Positions 19,010-28,472 of a stretch of DNA of 64,000 nucleotides are shown here, one piece after another (the stretch's first letter is position 1; each line of letters starts with the position of its first letter). The position numbers and the translations under genes are program-made. This DNA is from Calditrichia bacterium. GTDB lineage: Bacteria > Calditrichota > Calditrichia > RBG-13-44-9 > J075. Location: contig JBOEGD010000010.1 in NCBI GenBank assembly GCA_050633245.1, positions 93,987-157,986 of the forward strand, written 5' to 3'. Under the pieces are notes generated by a model. That model did no database searches, was not told where the DNA came from, and was given only the letters and a program-made list of their open reading frames with translations.

Positions 19010-21211
19010 TTAGATGAGCGGCGCAATAACCAGCGCAACTACGCTCATAAGCTTAATAAGAATGTTTAGCGACGGACCGGAAGTATCTTTGAAAGGATCA
19101 CCAACCGTATCACCAACTACGGCAGCCTTGTGGGCTTCGGAGCCTTTAACCAGCTTCTCGGTTCCGGTATCGAAACCTTCTTCAATCATTTTCTTGGCAT
19201 TGTCCCATGCACCACCGGCATTGGACTGAAAGAGTGCCATCAGAACACCACAAACCGTTGTTCCTGCGAGCAGACCACCAAGCATCTGGAATCCACCGAG
19301 AAAGCCAACGAGTACCGGAACCAATACGGCAATCAGGCCTGGAACAACCATTTCGCGAATAGAAGAGTTTGTAGAAATCTCAACACACTTGCCGTATTCG
19401 GCTTTTCCGTCCGCAGCTTCAAATGTTTTCTGATCATCGGCAGACCACTTGTCGAAGTCTTTGCCGTCGTTCTTGCGCATAACGTTCAACGCAGCCTTCA
19501 GTTCAGGAATGTCCTTAAACTGGCGACGAACTTCTTCAATCATCGCCATGGCAGCGCGTCCTACAGCATTCATAGAAAGAGCAGAGAATAGAAATGGCAG
19601 CATTCCACCTACAAACAGAGCAGCCATTACAGACGGATCGGTAATGTTGATATCCAGATTAACTACGTCCTGATGGCTGATTCTGTAGGATGTAAGGAAA
19701 GCAGCAAAAAGAGCCAGAGCAGTAAGAGCGGCAGAACCAATGGCAAAACCTTTACCGATAGCAGCAGTTGTGTTTCCAACAGCGTCCAACTTGTCGGTGC
19801 GCTGACGAACTTCTTTCGGCAATTCACTCATCTCGGCAATACCACCGGCATTGTCAGAGATCGGTCCGTAAGCATCAACAGCCAGCTGAATTCCGGTATT
19901 AGAAAGCATACCTACAGCGGCGATAGCAATACCATAAAGGCCGGCAACTGAATAGGCGCCTAAAATTGCTGCTGCAATAATAAGTATTGGAATCGTTGTA
20001 GAAACCATGCCTACACCGAGCCCGGCAATAATGTTCGTTGCAGATCCGGTCATGGACTGCTTCACAATTGAAATTACCGGGCCTGTTCCGGTTCCGGTAT
20101 AGTGTTCAGTAATCTTTCCAATGGCCAAGCCAGAAGCCAGACCGATTAGAATGGCGTAGAAAACACCCATGGAACTATAGGCTTTGCCCAGATATTCCCA
20201 ACTTTCGGGAAGCATTCCATTTACGATGAAAAAGGTAAGAACCAGAAGCACACCAGCAGAACCAAACTCGCCAATATTCAAAGCTGTGTGCGGATCGCCG
20301 CCTTCCTTCACTTTCACGAAGAACGTTCCAAGAATTGAAGTGATAATACCCGTTCCGGCAAGAACCAGCGGCAGCATTACAGCGCTAAGACCACCCATTT
20401 CATTGGTACCTTCAAAGCCAACCAGTCCCATAAAAGCAGCACCAAGAACCATGGTTCCGATAATTGAACCAACATAAGACTCAAATAAATCGGCACCCAT
20501 ACCGGCCACGTCACCCACATTGTCACCAACGTTATCGGCAATCGTTGCGGGATTCAGCGGGTGATCTTCCGGAATTCCGGCTTCAACCTTACCAACAAGA
20601 TCTGCACCAACATCGGCAGCCTTGGTATAAATACCGCCACCCACACGTGCAAAAAGAGCAATTGAGGAAGCGCCGAAAGAGAATCCGGTAATAATGGTCA
20701 GCACCTTGCTCACTTGAACCGGGCCGTCCATACCAATCATTCCACTAAAGACAAGCAACAGAATGCTGAGCCCTAGAACGCCAAGGCCAACAACGCCAAG
20801 ACCCATTACAGAGCCACCGGCAAAAGCAATCTCAAGTGCTTTTCCCAGACTCTGACGAGCGGCATTTGTAGTACGCACATTGGCTTTCGTGGCTACTTTC
20901 ATTCCAATAAAACCAGCGAGGCCGGAGCATAGCGCACCAACAACGAACGAAACCGCTACCAGCGGATCGGAATAATCGCTACTCATACCGCCCCACACCA
21001 ATAATGCGGCTACGGCAACTACGAAAATTGATAAAATTCTATATTCGGCTTTCAAAAAAGCCATGGCGCCGTCAGCGATGTGGGCAGCAATTTTGCCCAT
21101 CTTTTCGGTACCAACGTCTTGCTTGCCTACCCAGGAAGATTTCCAAAAGGTATAAAGCAGTCCGATGACACCCGCGGCGATACTGAGTTGAATCAGTAAC
21201 TGTGTTGTCAC
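19010..21211 (-). CDS. hppA: Membrane-bound pyrophosphatase, K+-dependent type (probably Na+-translocating)
   Basis: [34 protein letters not shown] (Ala = K+-dependent) and [14 protein letters not shown]; GTG start. Confidence 0.93.
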   Translation of the reverse strand: MTTQLLIQLSIAAGVIGLLYTFWKSSWVGKQDVGTEKMGKIAAHIADGAMAFLKAEYRILSIFVVAVAALLVWGGMSSDYSDPLVAVSFVVGALCSGLAGFIGMKVATKANVRTTNAARQSLGKALEIAFAGGSVMGLGVVGLGVLGLSILLLVFSGMIGMDGPVQVSKVLTIITGFSFGASSIALFARVGGGIYTKAADVGADLVGKVEAGIPEDHPLNPATIADNVGDNVGDVAGMGADLFESYVGSIIGTMVLGAAFMGLVGFEGTNEMGGLSAVMLPLVLAGTGIITSILGTFFVKVKEGGDPHTALNIGEFGSAGVLLVLTFFIVNGMLPESWEYLGKAYSSMGVFYAILIGLASGLAIGKITEHYTGTGTGPVISIVKQSMTGSATNIIAGLGVGMVSTTIPILIIAAAILGAYSVAGLYGIAIAAVGMLSNTGIQLAVDAYGPISDNAGGIAEMSELPKEVRQRTDKLDAVGNTTAAIGKGFAIGSAALTALALFAAFLTSYRISHQDVVNLDINITDPSVMAALFVGGMLPFLFSALSMNAVGRAAMAMIEEVRRQFKDIPELKAALNVMRKNDGKDFDKWSADDQKTFEAADGKAEYGKCVEISTNSSIREMVVPGLIAVLVPVLVGFLGGFQMLGGLLAGTTVCGVLMALFQSNAGGAWDNAKKMIEEGFDTGTEKLVKGSEAHKAAVVGDTVGDPFKDTSGPSLNILIKLMSVVALVIAPLI

Positions 21212-21238
21212 GAGAGACCTCCTACGATCAGTGGATGA

Positions 21239-21811
21239 TTAATTGTCTAACAAGTTCCTATTAAACGTATTCATAGTATCTTCAATTCCTTTCGAAACGA
21301 AGTATTCTGCAGCGTCTGCTGCAGTCTGTATAATCAGCGGTAAATCTTTTTGTTCTTTTTTTGAGAAGGGCGACAGCACATAGGAACTGGCATTAGCGAA
21401 TTCATTTCCAATTCCAATACGCATTCTGGGGACCTCATTAGTATGCAGGGTTTGCAGGATGGATTTCAGACCCTTTTGCCCGCCGGCACTTCCGGAGGAT
21501 TTTAGTCGAAGGGTGCCAAACGGCAGGTTAAATTCGTCGATTACGATGAGCAGGCGGGAACAGGATTCGAGGTTGTAGTAGTCGTAAACTTGACGAACTG
21601 CTTGCCCACTCAGATTCATATACGTCGTGGGCTTTATCAGAAGAGTCGGAACTCCCTGTAGCGTTACTTTCGTTTGGACATAGGAACCTTTCCCCTTTTT
21701 AAAGGTCCCATGATGTCGATTTGCTAATTCATCCAAAACCATAAACCCGACATTATGCCGGGTATGTTCATAGTTTTTTCCGGGGTTTCCTAAACCAATA
21801 AGAGCATACAC
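21239..21811 (-). CDS. pth: Peptidyl-tRNA hydrolase
   Basis: IGLGNPGKNYEHTRHNVGF, KPTTYMNLSG and RMRIGIG. Confidence 0.94.
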   Translation of the reverse strand: MYALIGLGNPGKNYEHTRHNVGFMVLDELANRHHGTFKKGKGSYVQTKVTLQGVPTLLIKPTTYMNLSGQAVRQVYDYYNLESCSRLLIVIDEFNLPFGTLRLKSSGSAGGQKGLKSILQTLHTNEVPRMRIGIGNEFANASSYVLSPFSKKEQKDLPLIIQTAADAAEYFVSKGIEDTMNTFNRNLLDN

Positions 21812-21841
21812 TGAGACATCCCATCTACAGACAGAGAAGAG

Positions 21842-22474
21842 TTACTGATCTTCTCCATCCTCAGCTTCTGCAGCTTCACCTTCGGCTTCTCCATCTTCAC
21901 CATCGGCTTCTTCAGTTTCTTCAGTGACAACACGCGGCATTTCTACGGAAGCAACCAAATCACGTCCATCAGCAAGAATAGTAACGTCAGCAAAAGAAAG
22001 CTCATCGATGTGAATAGAATCGCCAATTTCAAGTCCTGAAATATCGACTTCAAGAACTTCGGGAATATCTTTAGGCAAACACTCTACTTCGAGCTCGCGA
22101 ATCGGGCTGGCCAAACGACCACCGTTTTTCACTCCAACAGGCTCGCCAATAAGTGAAAGCGCAACCATAACGGTCATTTTTTCACCCATAACTACGCCCA
22201 TGAAGTCTACGTGAAGTACATTCTCCGTAATCGGATCATACTGCACATCTTTTAATACAACCTTGCGAGCAGCTTTCTCTCCTTCAATCTGAAGATCGAG
22301 CAAACCACGATTGTGGCTGATAAAATACGAAAGCGTTTTTGCATCAAATGCCAGCGCAACCGGATCTTCACCGTGCAAATAGAATACTCCCGGAACACGA
22401 CCAGCTCGGCGCATGCGACCAATTAAACGTCGACCGCGCTCTTCGCGCACTTGTGCTATAACAGCGTCAGACAT
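21842..22474 (-). CDS. rplY: 50S ribosomal protein L25 / general stress protein Ctc
   Basis: AAGGAG RBS before ATG 22474; RRAGRVPGVFY, VQYDP...HVDF, PVGVKNGG, ECLPKDIPE and acidic tail. Confidence 0.93.
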   Translation of the reverse strand: MSDAVIAQVREERGRRLIGRMRRAGRVPGVFYLHGEDPVALAFDAKTLSYFISHNRGLLDLQIEGEKAARKVVLKDVQYDPITENVLHVDFMGVVMGEKMTVMVALSLIGEPVGVKNGGRLASPIRELEVECLPKDIPEVLEVDISGLEIGDSIHIDELSFADVTILADGRDLVASVEMPRVVTEETEEADGEDGEAEGEAAEAEDGEDQ

Positions 22475-22489
22475 AACATCTCCTTTGAC

Positions 22490-22525
22490 TAAAAAAAGTG
22501 CAAGCAAAAGAGTGTTTGCTTGCAC
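22490..22525 (-). terminator. Terminator-like hairpin between tRNA-Gln and rplY
   Basis: 11-bp stem GTGCAAGCAAA/TTTGCTTGCAC followed by a T run on the minus strand. Confidence 0.75.
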
Positions 22526-22546
22526 ATAAGTACTCAGTAAATCTTG

Positions 22547-22617
22547 CTGGGGTACGAGGACTCGAACCTCGGATGTCGGGACCAAAACCCGATGCCTTAC
22601 CACTTGGCTATACCCCA
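22547..22617 (-). tRNA. tRNA-Gln(UUG)
   Basis: TGGGGTA/TACCCCA acceptor stem, D loop AGTGGTAAG, anticodon arm TCGGG-TTTTGGT-CCCGA and T arm CGAGG-TTCGAGT-CCTCG; no encoded CCA. Confidence 0.96.
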
Positions 22618-22655
22618 GTAAATGTATAAAACAGCTACATCAAAAGCTGGGACAG

Positions 22656-22685
22656 AATATACATTAAGCTATTCAGGATTGTCAA
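22656..22685 (-). promoter_or_regulatory. Putative sigma70 promoter for tRNA-Gln
   Basis: TTGACA-N18-TATATT about 40 bp upstream of the tRNA. Confidence 0.55.
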
Positions 22686-22818
22686 GTCGAAATATAAAAA
22701 AAGTGTGAAAATTTCCAAAAATCCCGCCTTTAAATAAGAATATAGATTGAATGGAATAGCTCTTGAATTTCAACCTATCATCGTCGTAAATTTAGTGCGC
22801 TTTTACCAGGGAAACACT

Positions 22819-24525
22819 ATGCTAAAAAGAATTCACATACGACAGTTCGCTCTTGCGGAAAATTTAACCGTCGAGTTTCAGTCCGGACTCAACATCCTAA
22901 CCGGTGAAACCGGCGCTGGAAAATCAATTCTGGTCGGTGCCATCGGCGCCGTTCTCGGTGGACGCGTTTACACCGAAGTCATCAGAACCGGGTTTGACAA
23001 GGCCAGCGTTGAGGCCGTATTCGATATATCTTCCCTCACTAAGCTAAAGACGTTATTAGACGAGCGCGGCTTGCCCGGAGGCAACGAGCTGATTGTTCGT
23101 CGCGAAATAGCAAACAAGGGAAACGCCAGAGCCTTTATTAATGATGCAACCGTAACCGTTGCAACATTGGCAGATATCGGCAACTTTCTGGTAGATATTC
23201 ACGGACAGCATCAGCACCAAAGCCTGTTGAGACGAGAAACTCATCGCTATTTCATCGATGCGTTTGGACGCTTAAACAATGAATTAGAGGCCGTGAATAG
23301 CGCCTGGCAGGCACTTCGTAAGCTGGATGCTGAACTGAACACCTTGTTAAGACGTCAAAAAGAGCTTAGCACCAAACGCGAGCTCTATGAGTTTCAGTCC
23401 AGGGAAATAGCTCAGGCCGATCCAAGTGATGGCGAAGATAAGAAGCTGGAAGAAGAAGCACGCGTTCTTGCTAATATTGAGAAGCTTTTTGCCTTGTCGA
23501 GTGAATTGGGAACCATCTTTTCAGGCGGAGATTTGAATCTACTCGGATTAAATGCCGATGCCGAACAGCGCCTGAAAGAGATCGGCAACATCTCCAGTGA
23601 AATTAAGAAGCTGTCTGATGAATTTACTTCCGCCCGCATTGTTGTTGATGAAACGGCGCGTAGCATCGAAGAGTTTAAAAACAATCTGGAGTTTGATGGC
23701 GAACGCCTCGAAGAGGTTGAAGCACGACTCAGCGTGTTCGCTTCGTTGAAAAAGAAATACGGTGGCACTCTGGAAGCAGTCATAGCATATCAAAAAGAGA
23801 TTACCGCCAGCCTTTCGCTACAGGACAATGTGGATTTCGAGATAGAAACGTTTAACAAGCGTCGCAATAAACTTCTGCAAGATTATGCTAAAGTAGCAAT
23901 TGTGCTAACAAAGAAGCGCCAAAAGGCCGCAACGCGGATGGAGAAAGCCGTTCAAGATCACCTCAAACATCTGGGAATGCCTAATATTCGTTTTCAAGTG
24001 CGTTTTGATAAGCGTGAGGAAGCTAATGGCGTGTTTCTCGGAGAGGGCGCATCCTATTTCGGCGATGAGAATGGTGTGGATCAAATAGAGTTCTTTATCT
24101 CGCCAAATCCGGGTGAAGACTTCAAGCCGCTAAGCAAAATTGCTTCCGGTGGAGAGATGTCTCGCATTATGCTGGCGCTCAAAAACATTCTGGCAGAAAT
24201 CGATGAAATTCCTACCCTTATTTTTGATGAGGTGGACAGTGGTGTTTCCGGTCGAATTGCACAAGCGGTAGGGCGATCAATATCTCAGCTTGCAGAAAGC
24301 CATCAGATTCTCTGTATCACCCACCTGGCACAGATCGCCTCACAGGGCGATAGCCATTATGCTGTAGAAAAATATGTGGACGGAGATCGCACTTTTACAC
24401 AGATAACCGCGCTTAGCGAGTCGCAGCGAATTGAGGCCATTGCCCGGTTAATGGGTGGTGAACATATCAGCGATACGGTATTGGAAAGTGCACGGCAATT
24501 AATTGAGGAGAGTCGCAGCAGTTAG
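22819..24525 (+). CDS. recN: DNA repair protein RecN
   Basis: LTGETGAGKS, DIHGQHQHQ, ASGGEMSR, IFDEVDSGVSG and CITHLAQIA; ATG 22819. Confidence 0.96.
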   Translation: MLKRIHIRQFALAENLTVEFQSGLNILTGETGAGKSILVGAIGAVLGGRVYTEVIRTGFDKASVEAVFDISSLTKLKTLLDERGLPGGNELIVRREIANKGNARAFINDATVTVATLADIGNFLVDIHGQHQHQSLLRRETHRYFIDAFGRLNNELEAVNSAWQALRKLDAELNTLLRRQKELSTKRELYEFQSREIAQADPSDGEDKKLEEEARVLANIEKLFALSSELGTIFSGGDLNLLGLNADAEQRLKEIGNISSEIKKLSDEFTSARIVVDETARSIEEFKNNLEFDGERLEEVEARLSVFASLKKKYGGTLEAVIAYQKEITASLSLQDNVDFEIETFNKRRNKLLQDYAKVAIVLTKKRQKAATRMEKAVQDHLKHLGMPNIRFQVRFDKREEANGVFLGEGASYFGDENGVDQIEFFISPNPGEDFKPLSKIASGGEMSRIMLALKNILAEIDEIPTLIFDEVDSGVSGRIAQAVGRSISQLAESHQILCITHLAQIASQGDSHYAVEKYVDGDRTFTQITALSESQRIEAIARLMGGEHISDTVLESARQLIEESRSS

Positions 24526-24534
24526 GCAAAGATT

Positions 24535-25617
24535 CTATCGCCCTCGCACCGGCTGTAGCTTTCGCGCAAATGCGACACGCGCGAGTTCCAGAATTCCCTC
24601 CATATGGTCTTCCAAACGAATCCTCTTCTGAATAGCAAAGTCTGCTGAAATCGAGAAGTGCCTTTCTTTCAGACTTCGCAATGTGTCTATCCAGTCCTGC
24701 GGGTCAAAGCCATTTACAACCACGCCTTCAGCGTCTCCCACAATCGTCTTTGCCCCGACCATATGCGACAGAACAACAGGCACATTGCACAGCAGGGCCT
24801 CGCTTACCACCTGCCCAAACGGCTCAAAAAGAGCCGGTAACAAAAAATAGTCCGCCGCGCTATACAGTTCTTCGGCTTCCTTTACGTATCCAACATATCG
24901 CACGTTAGTAAGCTTTGTCTTTGGAGGTTTTACGCCTGCTACAATTAACTCTACCGGCTCATCTTGCAGGGCTTCAAAGACTTTAAGTAGTAACGGAAGA
25001 CCTTTTCGTTTATGACTGGCTGATATAAAGAGAAAGGATGTCTTGTCAGGATGAAACTCGTATTTTTGGCGAAATTCTTCACGTCGCTGCTTCACTCCAT
25101 GATGGAAGCGTTGCGGATCGACCGGCGGAAGAAGCAGCTTTATTTTAGCAGGTTTTACCTGATAGAGCTCGATAAGCTCGTCGCGCATCATTTCTGATGC
25201 GGCAAGAATACTTCCAGGCGAAGCAAAAGCACGACGCTCCATTTTGATATCAAGCCGGTCTTTGACGCCTAAAATCTTCTTTCCCGTTGCGCGGACAAAT
25301 CCTAAATGATTAGCCGGTGCCAACAACGCATCCTGATGTGTTGTCCGGGTTAGCGACAGGACAAAATCGAACTTGTTTCTCAGCAGTGTCTCATGCACCT
25401 TTTTATCAAAGGACGGTCCACGAACCGGCTTTGGAATAGTTGCCATGGAAACCGGCAAAATTTCTACACCATCCGGAATATTCGCATCTGGTGCAACCTT
25501 CGAACAGATAACGCTCACCTCATGACCGAGCTTGTGTAGATAGTCGATATAAGAGAACAGGCGTGTTTCCAGTCCACCACGACGAACTAAACGCGTATGT
25601 ATTAAGGCAATCTTCAC
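24535..25617 (-). CDS. Glycosyltransferase family 4 (WaaG-like)
   Basis: GGLE at N-terminus, RKGL, and FEPFGQVVSEA (EX7E). Confidence 0.85.
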   Translation of the reverse strand: MKIALIHTRLVRRGGLETRLFSYIDYLHKLGHEVSVICSKVAPDANIPDGVEILPVSMATIPKPVRGPSFDKKVHETLLRNKFDFVLSLTRTTHQDALLAPANHLGFVRATGKKILGVKDRLDIKMERRAFASPGSILAASEMMRDELIELYQVKPAKIKLLLPPVDPQRFHHGVKQRREEFRQKYEFHPDKTSFLFISASHKRKGLPLLLKVFEALQDEPVELIVAGVKPPKTKLTNVRYVGYVKEAEELYSAADYFLLPALFEPFGQVVSEALLCNVPVVLSHMVGAKTIVGDAEGVVVNGFDPQDWIDTLRSLKERHFSISADFAIQKRIRLEDHMEGILELARVAFARKLQPVRGR

Positions 25618-25742
25618 TTTTTAGATCCCAAATAGTAACTTGCCATAGCCGAATGCCAGGACATGACCATCTTATTGTCAGATTAAGAATAGGCGCCCTT
25701 TCACGTATCGAATGCAAGATGAAAAGGCAAAGGTGTTTATGC

Positions 25743-27098
25743 TTATCCGGTAGTGCCTCCCAAAAGCACCTCATAGATAGATTTGACCGGAGAAAGAGCA
25801 AGCGAAATTTTTTGCATATCCTCAGGAGGCGGTGCAGGAATATAGGCCTGTTTAAAACCCATTTTTGCAGATTCCTGCAGACGCTGTTCAATAAATGAGA
25901 CAGCGCGTATTTCACCGCCAAGCCCAAGCTCTCCAACATATACGGCATCTTTGTCCAGCGGACGATCATTACGGCTTGAGTAAAGAGCTGCAGCCACACC
26001 AAAGTCTATACCAGGATCGTCTATGCGTAATCCGCCAGCCACCTTAACAAAGACATCAAACATGCCAAAGTCCTGATCGCAATACCGCTCTAGAACAGCT
26101 AAGATCAAAGATAGCCTTCGTTGGTTAAAGCCATTCACTGTACGCTGTGGCGTGCCATAATTAGAGCGGCTAACCAGTGCCTGAACTTCGACTAGCAGCG
26201 GACGGCTTCCCTCATAACTACAAACGATGCTGCTACCAACATCCGGACGCCCCATCGAGTTTAGAAAGAGGCTGGATACATTGTCTACCTCGTGAAGACC
26301 ATCGTGATACATTTCGAATACGCCTAACTCATTCGCCGCACCAAAACGGTTCTTTGTTGTGCGGATTATCCTGTGCTGCTGAATATTGCCTTCGAAATAC
26401 ACCACAACATCTACAAGATGTTCCAAAATCTTTGGCCCGGCAATACTTCCCTCCTTGGTAACGTGACCAATAAGGAACAACGTAAAACCTTCTTCTTTTG
26501 CCTGTTTAAACAGTCGGGCAGCACATTCTCTTACCTGGCCAACATTACCCGAGGCACCTGAGAAATCTGGATTGTATATCGCCTGAATAGAGTCTATGAC
26601 GACAACTTCGGGCTTAACTTGTTCAATATGATATTGTATCGCAGCGACATCCGTTTCCGCAAGAGAGAGTAGCTCTCCGGAATTAGGTCGAAGACGTCCG
26701 GCGCGATCGCGAAGCTGCTGTAAGCTTTCCTCAGCACTTACATAAAGAGACTTGCGGCCAGACTGCTGAAGTCGCATCATAACCTGCAGCATAAGCGTAG
26801 ACTTGCCAATACCGGGTTCGCCGGCTAGCAGCACGACGGAAGCCGGAAATATCCCGCCCCCCAAAACACGGTCAAATTCTTCCATGCCGCAACGAATACG
26901 GGCAGAGTCATCTGCTGCAGGAATGTCTTTAAGAGGTAGCGGCTTGGTCTTAGGCTTTCTTTTACTTCCCGCTTTTGCAGGAACAATTTCTTCTTCGACA
27001 AAGCTATTCCAACCAGAGCAGTTGGGACATTTTCCCAGCCACTTTCCCGATTCATATCCGCAACTTTGGCAAATGAATACCTGTCGACTCTTAGCCAT
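25743..27098 (-). CDS. radA: DNA repair protein RadA/Sms
   Basis: CxxC...WLGKCPNC zinc finger, GEPGIGKST, KNRFG and Lon-like C-terminus; ATG 27098. Confidence 0.96.
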   Translation of the reverse strand: MAKSRQVFICQSCGYESGKWLGKCPNCSGWNSFVEEEIVPAKAGSKRKPKTKPLPLKDIPAADDSARIRCGMEEFDRVLGGGIFPASVVLLAGEPGIGKSTLMLQVMMRLQQSGRKSLYVSAEESLQQLRDRAGRLRPNSGELLSLAETDVAAIQYHIEQVKPEVVVIDSIQAIYNPDFSGASGNVGQVRECAARLFKQAKEEGFTLFLIGHVTKEGSIAGPKILEHLVDVVVYFEGNIQQHRIIRTTKNRFGAANELGVFEMYHDGLHEVDNVSSLFLNSMGRPDVGSSIVCSYEGSRPLLVEVQALVSRSNYGTPQRTVNGFNQRRLSLILAVLERYCDQDFGMFDVFVKVAGGLRIDDPGIDFGVAAALYSSRNDRPLDKDAVYVGELGLGGEIRAVSFIEQRLQESAKMGFKQAYIPAPPPEDMQKISLALSPVKSIYEVLLGGTTG

Positions 27099-27191
27099 GC
27101 TAATCTTCCACTTGTGTTTAGTAGTACCGCACAATGTATAATATGCCTGCTTCCTTAGCAATCAAAAAAGCCGCTCGGTGCAGCAAAATGT

Positions 27192-28322
27192 TTACTTTTT
27201 GGGCTGCCTATCAACATTCTCTGGTGGGGAGTCAACCATATTTCGAAACTGCTTAAGTAGTTTCTCGGCGGCAGCGGCAGGATTAAGTCTGCCTACAGCA
27301 ACCTGTTCTTCGTATTTATTTCGCAGCTGTTGTATCGCTGCATCGCGATAAAATTGCTGTTCAAGACCCAGGCGAACGAGCGAGTGCATCCACTCAACCT
27401 GCTGAACGGCCCGGCGCTTTGCAAAAAAACCGGACGAATCGGTTTCTTTCTGAAAACTGGTTATCATTTCCCAGAGCTCTTCGAGCCCTTCGCCGGTTAA
27501 AGCGGACAGAGCAAGGGCTGTGGGCTTCCAATCTTTTGTAGCGGGCACCAGATAACGAAGGGCAGAAGCATATTCCTGCCGTGCGGCATTGGCTCGAATT
27601 TTATTCTCTCCATCAGCCTTGTTGACAATTATTGCATCACAGAGCTCAATGACGCCCTTTTTAATTCCCTGCAGTTCATCTCCGGCACCGGCTATTTGCA
27701 GCAGCAGGAAAAAATCGACCATAGAACGAACCGTTATTTCGCTTTGTCCAACACCAACCGTTTCGACCAAAATTATATCATATCCGGCAGCTTCACATAG
27801 GATGATTGTTTCGCGCGTCTTTCGAGCAACTCCTCCGAGCATACCTCCTGATGGCGACGGACGAATAAAACTGGCTGGATCCTGAGCGAGCCGATCCATC
27901 CGCGTTTTGTCTCCCATGATACTCCCTCCGGTCAAACTACTGCTGGGATCAACAGCCAACACAGCCACCCGGTGTCCACGTTTTGTAAGGAACAGCCCCA
28001 ATGACTCAATCAGCGTGCTTTTGCCGGCGCCAGGAACTCCGGATATGCCCACACGCAACGATTTTCCGGAATGCTCGATTAACCCGGCGAGCAATTGCTC
28101 CGCCTGCTCACGGTGCTTGGCAGCGTTGCTCTCGATAATAGAGATCGCCCGCCCCAAAAGGGTTCTGTTACCCTCGCAAATTCCGCTAATCAGATCCGAA
28201 ACAGACCAGCTGCGACGCTTGGGTCGTGCCACCTTCCCAGAAACGTTATCTCGTCTACCTTCGACACCCGAAACCACCGACAGTGCACTTTTAGCAGGCT
28301 TTATGTTTTTCTTTTTAGCCAT
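27192..28322 (-). CDS. meaB: Methylmalonyl-CoA mutase-associated GTPase MeaB/ArgK
   Basis: GVPGAGKST, VDPSS..GGSIMGDKTRM, ETVGVGQSE and NKAD; adjacent to the mutase genes. Confidence 0.93.
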   Translation of the reverse strand: MAKKKNIKPAKSALSVVSGVEGRRDNVSGKVARPKRRSWSVSDLISGICEGNRTLLGRAISIIESNAAKHREQAEQLLAGLIEHSGKSLRVGISGVPGAGKSTLIESLGLFLTKRGHRVAVLAVDPSSSLTGGSIMGDKTRMDRLAQDPASFIRPSPSGGMLGGVARKTRETIILCEAAGYDIILVETVGVGQSEITVRSMVDFFLLLQIAGAGDELQGIKKGVIELCDAIIVNKADGENKIRANAARQEYASALRYLVPATKDWKPTALALSALTGEGLEELWEMITSFQKETDSSGFFAKRRAVQQVEWMHSLVRLGLEQQFYRDAAIQQLRNKYEEQVAVGRLNPAAAAEKLLKQFRNMVDSPPENVDRQPKK

Positions 28323-28399
28323 ATTTCTTCAGCTATTTATTTGATACCATTTACGTTTCGAAGTCAATGTTACAAGCTGTAACGCGAATGCCGTATTGG

Positions 28400-28420
28400 C
28401 ACCTCGACTCCGCTCGGTGA
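28400..28420 (-). repeat. REP-like palindromic repeat (TCACCGAGCGGAGTCGAGGTG)
   Basis: Same GAGCGGAGTCGA core as 6198 and 42331; terminal CACC/GGTG stem. Confidence 0.7.
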
Positions 28421-28472
28421 AACAAAATACCACTTTATTTCTCAACACCTAATTGGCATAATTGTTTAAGCT

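Noticed and set aside
19014-20691. Long antisense ORFs over hppA (similarly over nqr, the mutase genes and the porV cluster)
   Set aside because: Shadow frames of codon-biased genes with no independent motifs
22475-22603. N-terminal extension of the rplY ORF in the track
   Set aside because: It runs through tRNA-Gln and a terminator; the RBS supports ATG 22474
22547-22617. tRNA-Gln as an integration site
   Set aside because: No duplicated tRNA 3' end or integrase was seen in the window
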